From NCBI GenBank assembly GCA_965222375.1, contig CBDCTZ010000013.1, positions 736,001 through 800,000 on the forward strand: 64,000 nt of DNA, in the 5' to 3' direction. The notes beneath the pieces are model-generated. The model did no database searches, was not told the origin of the DNA, and was given only the letters and a program-made list of their open reading frames with translations. Shown here in pieces: positions 58,652-64,000 of the stretch; position 1 is the stretch's first letter; each line of letters begins with the position of its first letter. The stretch comes from Polyangiaceae bacterium (GTDB lineage Bacteria; Myxococcota_A; Polyangia; Polyangiales; Polyangiaceae). A program made the position numbers and the translations under genes.

Positions 58652-60544
58652 TCACTCCGGCGTCGGAGCTGGGGCAACGCTCCACACGACGACGCGAGTG
58701 TCGCCACCCAGCGCCGGCGAGCAGAAGTCCGTCTTGCCCAAATCAGCCCGCTCCTCCCGAAGAAAGTCTTGGACCTCCGGCATATTCGCAACCTGCTCGG
58801 AAAAGGCGATCTGCCCGGCATCGGCGCAGGATTGAAGCTTGGCGGCGGCGTTTACCGTGCTGCCAAAGTAGTCGATGTTGGTATTCAGCTTCACCGCAAT
58901 GCAAGGTCCGGTATTCAGGCTCGCGCGCACGCGCAAGCTCAGGTCTTCGCGACCCGGGAATAGACGACGTTGGATGCCCTGAGCGGCGCGCAACGCCGAA
59001 ACTGGGTCGACGAACGCTGCCATGGCAGCGTCCCCGATGGTCTTCACGATCGCACCACGGTGAGCGCGCACTTCCTCGTAGATGTCCGTGAAGTGTCGTT
59101 TCACGTCGATGAAGGCCCCCGGGTCTCCTCGCTCGGCATAGAGTTCCGTCGAGCCCACGACATCGGTGAACAAGATGGTCTGCTCCCCAACCGAGAGCTG
59201 GATGTCCGAGCCAACGTACTCCTCGGTAAATAGATCCCGAAACCCCTGAAAGCTAAACAATTGCGCGGGCCGTAAGGCATCGTCGGACCAATGCGCGTTT
59301 TCGATCACGAATGTGCACTCTTGGTCCGTATCGTTGACGAGTTCCAGGCGCGGATGCGGCTGAACCTGGCCTGCCGTAGCGGGTGGCGTAGACGCCGACC
59401 AATTCAGCTGACTCGACTGCCCACTCGGGTCGACGTCCAACAGACCGAGGGGCTCGGCGCCCTTGAGGCGCAAGCGATATCGCCCGGGGTACAAGCGGCA
59501 GTCCACCGTGCGCGTCTCGCCGGGCTCGAAGCTGAGCTGCAACTTGATGTGGTCTTTCTTGGCCGGCTCGGCGCTGCAATAGAAGACTTCGGGGACGTTG
59601 CGAATCGATGGGTGCACGTGGAACACGACCTCAATCGCGTTTTCCGTATCGGTCTCGAAATCAATCGCGCAGGCATCGCACTCGCCCTTGCGCGGCACCT
59701 CGCCAAGAGTGGAGATCTCTGCACGAACCCCACGGCAGTGGGGGCACACCACATCCCACGAGAGTTGAAACAGGCCGAGACGCGTCGCGTGCAAGAACGC
59801 AAGCAGCAAGTCCTCGCTTTCGACACCCCATTCGCGCGCGCGAGGCAACAGCCGAATGCGGTGCAAACCCATGTCGTCCGTGCCCCGCACGTATTCCGAG
59901 ATTCGGTCAACAAGAGATTGGTCAACTCCGGCATCGGCTAGTGCGGCCGCGTAATGAGAAAGACGAGTTTCGATGCTCGGAGGAAGATGGTGCGGCGGCG
60001 GCTGATAAGGGTCGCTCCGTTCCTGCGCGAGGTGAGCATCGATTTCAGCAACCACCCGAGCAAAGCCCGAGCGAATGCTGCCAATCCCGATCCAGAGTAG
60101 GAGTCGGCCCAGCAATCCCCGCGGCACGAAGCCGAAGTACACGTCTAGGCGGCAGCGGCCGTCCCCGATTGCCGAGATCTCGTAGACGGAGCGCATCACG
60201 TGGGCGAAGCCGCGGGAGTAGCGACGAACGCAGGTGAGCGAACGCTCAGCCACCCAGGTCCAAGGGACCTCCACCCATTCGCTTACCATGCCAGCGTTGA
60301 CCGACCGGCCGTGCAGCAACCCGTCCTTCTCCGAGAACTCCATTCGCGGCATGCCCATGGCGCGGTTGAAGCGCGACGTATCCGAAACGAAGGGCCACAC
60401 GTCTTTGGGGGACGCCGCGAGTTCAAAGCTCCACAGACCTTCGATTCGAGAACCGTGGGCGGCATCGGCTGCGGGCCACGCGTGCTTCGCCAGGAATTCC
60501 GCCAAGGTCGGCTGGGACGAGCTGGTCACGACCTCCGTCGCCAT
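58652..60544 (-). CDS. SRPBCC-DUF5939-class III adenylate/guanylate cyclase
   Basis: CPHC/CDAC motifs; LFTDVVGST, VKTIGDA, DYFGSTVNAAAK. Confidence 0.9.
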   Translation of the reverse strand: MATEVVTSSSQPTLAEFLAKHAWPAADAAHGSRIEGLWSFELAASPKDVWPFVSDTSRFNRAMGMPRMEFSEKDGLLHGRSVNAGMVSEWVEVPWTWVAERSLTCVRRYSRGFAHVMRSVYEISAIGDGRCRLDVYFGFVPRGLLGRLLLWIGIGSIRSGFARVVAEIDAHLAQERSDPYQPPPHHLPPSIETRLSHYAAALADAGVDQSLVDRISEYVRGTDDMGLHRIRLLPRAREWGVESEDLLLAFLHATRLGLFQLSWDVVCPHCRGVRAEISTLGEVPRKGECDACAIDFETDTENAIEVVFHVHPSIRNVPEVFYCSAEPAKKDHIKLQLSFEPGETRTVDCRLYPGRYRLRLKGAEPLGLLDVDPSGQSSQLNWSASTPPATAGQVQPHPRLELVNDTDQECTFVIENAHWSDDALRPAQLFSFQGFRDLFTEEYVGSDIQLSVGEQTILFTDVVGSTELYAERGDPGAFIDVKRHFTDIYEEVRAHRGAIVKTIGDAAMAAFVDPVSALRAAQGIQRRLFPGREDLSLRVRASLNTGPCIAVKLNTNIDYFGSTVNAAAKLQSCADAGQIAFSEQVANMPEVQDFLREERADLGKTDFCSPALGGDTRVVVWSVAPAPTPE

Positions 60545-60699
60545 GTGCACGAGGTGTACCCCGAAATAGTTGCGAAAGCGATGCCGAGGGCGTTCGTGCA
60601 CGCGATGCCAAGGGCGCCGTCAAAGCCCGCCCAGAGCCTCATCGCGGCAGGTCTGCAGTTTTCCTCTGGAAACCCCCTGGGCATCGCTAAGCTGGAAAC

Positions 60700-61224
60700 G
60701 TGAAGCCTTGGCGTAACTCGATTCGCTTTCTGCGAGCGGCGCTTCCCGTCGTCCTCGTGGGGCTTGGCTGGTCAGCGCTATCGGCCGTGTTGTACGCAGC
60801 AGGGCACGCACCCAGCGGCCCGGTCTTCGCGGCGCCCCGCGCTCTCTACTATGCCGCTCAGGCGGGCTTCGCAGTCCCAGTGATCCTACTGCAGTTCTGG
60901 ATACTGCTCGCGGTCACAGACCGGGTTTTAGGCGGTCTGGACGATGCCAGCTTGGAGCGACACCAGCGCGCCATGGCCCTCGCCTTCGCACTACCGCTAG
61001 GCGTGACCTGGCTCCTCCCGGATATCTGCGCCTACACCATCGCAGGTTTCGAAGCCCTAGCAGTCGTCGTTCGGTTTGCGGCTCCGGTGACGGCACTTGT
61101 CACGTTCGCCCTGGTGGCACGGGTACTGAAGCGTAGCTTCGCTGCCAGCTGGGGGCGGGTCGCGATGGCGGCGCTCTTGGGGGGGCTCGCTCAGGGCATC
61201 GTCGGCGGGCTACTTTTGCGTTGA
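60700..61224 (+). CDS. Membrane protein
   Basis: About five hydrophobic segments. Confidence 0.65.
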   Translation: MKPWRNSIRFLRAALPVVLVGLGWSALSAVLYAAGHAPSGPVFAAPRALYYAAQAGFAVPVILLQFWILLAVTDRVLGGLDDASLERHQRAMALAFALPLGVTWLLPDICAYTIAGFEALAVVVRFAAPVTALVTFALVARVLKRSFAASWGRVAMAALLGGLAQGIVGGLLLR

Positions 61225-61258
61225 GTATGGGGTGCGAAGAGCTAGGCTCGGCGCCTAG

Positions 61259-61768
61259 ATGGGCATCGAAATTGAGCGAAAGTTCCTGGTCCGCGGTGAC
61301 GCCTGGCGAGCATCAACCGACCGTGTCGTGATGAAGCAAGCCTACCTGTCCACCGATCCCGAAAGAACGGTGCGAGTTCGCGTGGAGGGGGACATAGCTG
61401 TGCTCACCATCAAGGGCCGGCGCCATGGCGACGCGCGACCTGAATTCAACTTCAACATCCCGCATGAAGACGCGTTGGCTCTGATGTCGTTGGCCCGAGG
61501 CCATGCCATCGAAAAGGTGCGGTTCCGAATCGAGGCAGCCGGTTTCACCTGGGAGGTGGACGAGTTCTCGGGAGAGAACGAGGGGCTCGTCGTGGCGGAA
61601 GTTGAAGCCGACAGCGAGAGTGCTCTGGAACGAGCGATCGCTAGCCGGCCGGATTGGGTGGGCGCAGACGTCAGTGATGATGGCCGCCTCTACAACGCCT
61701 CCCTAGCAGAAAGGCCATTCTGCTCCTGGACGGACGCGGAACGCCGGGAAGTCTCCGGCGACAGCTAG
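61259..61768 (+). CDS. CYTH domain protein
   Basis: EIERKFL, RVRV, IEKVR, WEVDEF, AEVE. Confidence 0.92.
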   Translation: MGIEIERKFLVRGDAWRASTDRVVMKQAYLSTDPERTVRVRVEGDIAVLTIKGRRHGDARPEFNFNIPHEDALALMSLARGHAIEKVRFRIEAAGFTWEVDEFSGENEGLVVAEVEADSESALERAIASRPDWVGADVSDDGRLYNASLAERPFCSWTDAERREVSGDS

Positions 61769-61771
61769 GCG

Positions 61772-63313
61772 CTAGCGGTGGTGAGACACGTCGGAGATCT
61801 TCGCGAGCCGCCCCTGCACCTCGGCAAAGCTTCGCCGACGCCCACCGGTCAGAGCTACCAGACGGAATAGTTTGGGTAGGTGTTGCCAAAAAGCCCCGCG
61901 CCAGCCGACTGCGCGAAAGGCTTGCTTCATGAAATTCGCCGCACGAGCGCTCAAGACCGTTTCTGCGTTGGTCATCCAGTTCGGGTGCTTTGCCGCCGCG
62001 GTGACGAGCACGGAGTAGAGCTCTTGAAGGTCCAGCTCCGGTGACAGGTACCAACTGGGCTGGAACAGGGGGTCATCCTCGTCGAACCAGCCAGTGTCCT
62101 TGCAATGGCGTTCGAGGGGCGTTCCGGCATAGACGCGGATCCCGGTCGAGAAGAGCACCATGTGATTGGGGGGAATATGCGTCTCGCAGAACTCGAGGGT
62201 TTCCCGAACGGTGTCGAGAGTCTCGCCAGGCGCGCCAAGCATGAAAAACCAATAGGTCGGAAGTTCCGCTGTGGACAGGACCTTTGCCGCGCGCTCGACG
62301 GTGCGTTTTCCGAACCCTTTCTGGAGCGACTTCAACGTCACGTCGGATGCGCTTTCAGGCGTGCACATGACGCTCGTGAATCCCGCACGCTTCATGAGTT
62401 CCACCAGCTCTTGAGTCACGCCGGCGGGATTGAGACCCATTGTGGAGAGGCTCACACCCAGCGCTCGGGTGGCGAGCGCATCGCAAAGCCCTCGGGCATG
62501 GGAAAGAGGCAAATTGAAGGTGGAATCAACAAAGTCAAAACTGCCTGCTCCGTGAGACTTGGCTTCGGCGATCTCGTCGACGACGTCGACCGGCCGGCGC
62601 AAGCGGTAGGCATGGCCCTCGATGTTGTTGTAGACGCAGTACACACATTTGAGCGCGCAGCCGCGCTTGGTTTGAATGGGGTAAGGGCCGCCGCTCGTTT
62701 CGTAGCGGGCGACGTCGACCCAGCGCCAGGCCTCACTGCGAGCACCGCGCTCCAAGTCTTGGGCCAGTGCGCGCCCGGCGCGAGGCTCCTTGGGCAGCAG
62801 TCGACCCGTATCCAGAATGGGCAGCGGGCTGTCACTCATGGTCTCGCGCGTAAGCACTCCGGGCAGCTTCCGCACTCGCCGAGCATCGGCGCCAGCCGCG
62901 AGCAATTCCTGGAAGACCTCCTCACCTTCGCCGACGACTGCGTAGTCCGCGTCCAGGTAGTCGAATATCTCCGCTGGGGAGACGTTCACACCGCTGCCCC
63001 CAAGAACCAACTTCGCCCTGGGCACCAGGTCGCGAATAGGGGCAACGACATCATTCTTGATTTCGTCCAAGAAGAAGATGGGTCGTTCGAAGTTGCAATT
63101 GTCGATGTTGCGAATGGTCAGACCGACCACCTCCGGCGCGAAGCGAACCAGTGCATCACGAGTTGCCTGCGCTGGATCCTTGACGAAGGTGAGGTCTAGG
63201 ACCTCGACGTCGTATCCCGCGCGTTTCGCGTTGCTCGCCACGGCACAAAGCCCCATCGGCACGGCCGGCCAGGGCACATGTTCTCGGTTGGGGTTGATGA
63301 GCAGGATGGTCAC
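61772..63313 (-). CDS. B12-binding radical SAM protein
   Basis: ILLINP, IRNIDN, GEGE, RGCALKCVYC; start taken at GTG 63313 after GAGGGAG. Confidence 0.9.
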   Translation of the reverse strand: MTILLINPNREHVPWPAVPMGLCAVASNAKRAGYDVEVLDLTFVKDPAQATRDALVRFAPEVVGLTIRNIDNCNFERPIFFLDEIKNDVVAPIRDLVPRAKLVLGGSGVNVSPAEIFDYLDADYAVVGEGEEVFQELLAAGADARRVRKLPGVLTRETMSDSPLPILDTGRLLPKEPRAGRALAQDLERGARSEAWRWVDVARYETSGGPYPIQTKRGCALKCVYCVYNNIEGHAYRLRRPVDVVDEIAEAKSHGAGSFDFVDSTFNLPLSHARGLCDALATRALGVSLSTMGLNPAGVTQELVELMKRAGFTSVMCTPESASDVTLKSLQKGFGKRTVERAAKVLSTAELPTYWFFMLGAPGETLDTVRETLEFCETHIPPNHMVLFSTGIRVYAGTPLERHCKDTGWFDEDDPLFQPSWYLSPELDLQELYSVLVTAAAKHPNWMTNAETVLSARAANFMKQAFRAVGWRGAFWQHLPKLFRLVALTGGRRRSFAEVQGRLAKISDVSHHR

Positions 63314-63400
63314 GGCGCTCCCTCGATGTCGCCGACATTCGTGTTGGGTTGTGAGCAGAATGGTCACGGCGCTCCCTCGATGTCGCCGACATTCGTGTTG
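63298..63400. repeat. 54-bp-period tandem duplication covering the radical SAM RBS/start and a palindrome
   Basis: 63298-63346 and 63352-63400 differ at one base; each holds ATGTCG-C-CGACAT. Confidence 0.92.
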
Positions 63401-63449
63401 ACGAATCAGCTCCCCTTGCCAATCGTGCGCGTCCCCCAGGCTAAGCTCC

Positions 63450-63991
63450 GTGCGAGCTTGGGTTTTCGCGGTGATGTCGCTGCTATGCGCATGCTCTGGT
63501 GAGGATGGCCCGACCCCGGGGTCCGGGGCCGGAGCAGCTACCGGGACGCTGCCCTTGGGCCTACACCCCGCCAACTTCATCGAAGAGCAGCAACCCATGC
63601 GGCCGCTCGCAGATGGGGACTCGATCCAATTGGTTGCGGCGCTTCAAGGCGGCTACGTGCTCTATGTTGGTGCACAGGTCGAAGCCCTTCGCTCAACTCA
63701 GGCGGAGATCGTGGCGCGGCTGATTGACCCATGACATCCGCGCTGCGCCGAGAGGACATTCGCACGATCGTGATGAAACCAATCCCAGGCAAGCCGAACT
63801 GGAAGCAGCCCGACCTGCGCTCTCGAAGTCAGGTCGCGCACCTTGTCGTGTGTCCAAACGAAGAGACAAAGAACGTGTTCGGCGAACCGTTCCGCCTGGA
63901 GATCGAGGTCAAGGAGGTCGTCGGAAGGCAGCTTCAAGGGCGCACCGCGCACTGGCTCCGCGTCGCTCGCCGGTCACGCAGAGTGCTCTGA
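63450..63991 (+). pseudogene. Lipoprotein gene split by a frameshift near 63730
   Basis: LLCAC lipobox ORF ends ARLIDP*; protein-like sequence continues as TSALRREDIRT in the adjacent frame. Confidence 0.5.
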
Positions 63992-64000
63992 CTCCGATGC

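Noticed and set aside
63715..63745. Programmed frameshift in the terminal lipoprotein gene
   Set aside because: No slippery sequence; a mutation or sequencing indel is more likely.

Overview
This is a GC-rich chromosomal window whose gene content looks like a Myxococcota (Polyangiaceae-like) bacterium. It has many Gly-linker/Cys-rich lipoproteins, an Ser/Thr kinase with a partner gene, FHA-GGDEF, REC-EAL, PilZ and an AgmX/PglI-like protein. Recognisable genes include a wHTH-MNT/HEPN-like pair, an EVE protein, an EEP nuclease, a fatty-acid oxidation multifunctional enzyme, USP, FtsH, tRNA-Arg(CCT), an IS110/IS1111-family element, a GcvT-family flavoprotein, an Hsp70-NBD/HEAT fusion, an M16 peptidase pair, DUF4105, a class III cyclase, CYTH and a B12 radical SAM enzyme. 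The most striking unexplained feature is a ~2.3 kb region without credible ORFs (2690-5049). Its minus strand reads as two tandem, large, GNRA-rich structured RNAs (~4400-3670 and ~3480-2850) with a boxA-like leader and a strong terminator, next to a DnaA-box/AT-rich segment. The second highlight is the IS110 element: its ends, GAGA core and target can be reconstructed, and its downstream RNA carries a duplicated donor-matching guide module. Several internally deleted gene remnants and single-base frameshifts are also present. All protein calls come from motif recognition by eye; no searches were run.
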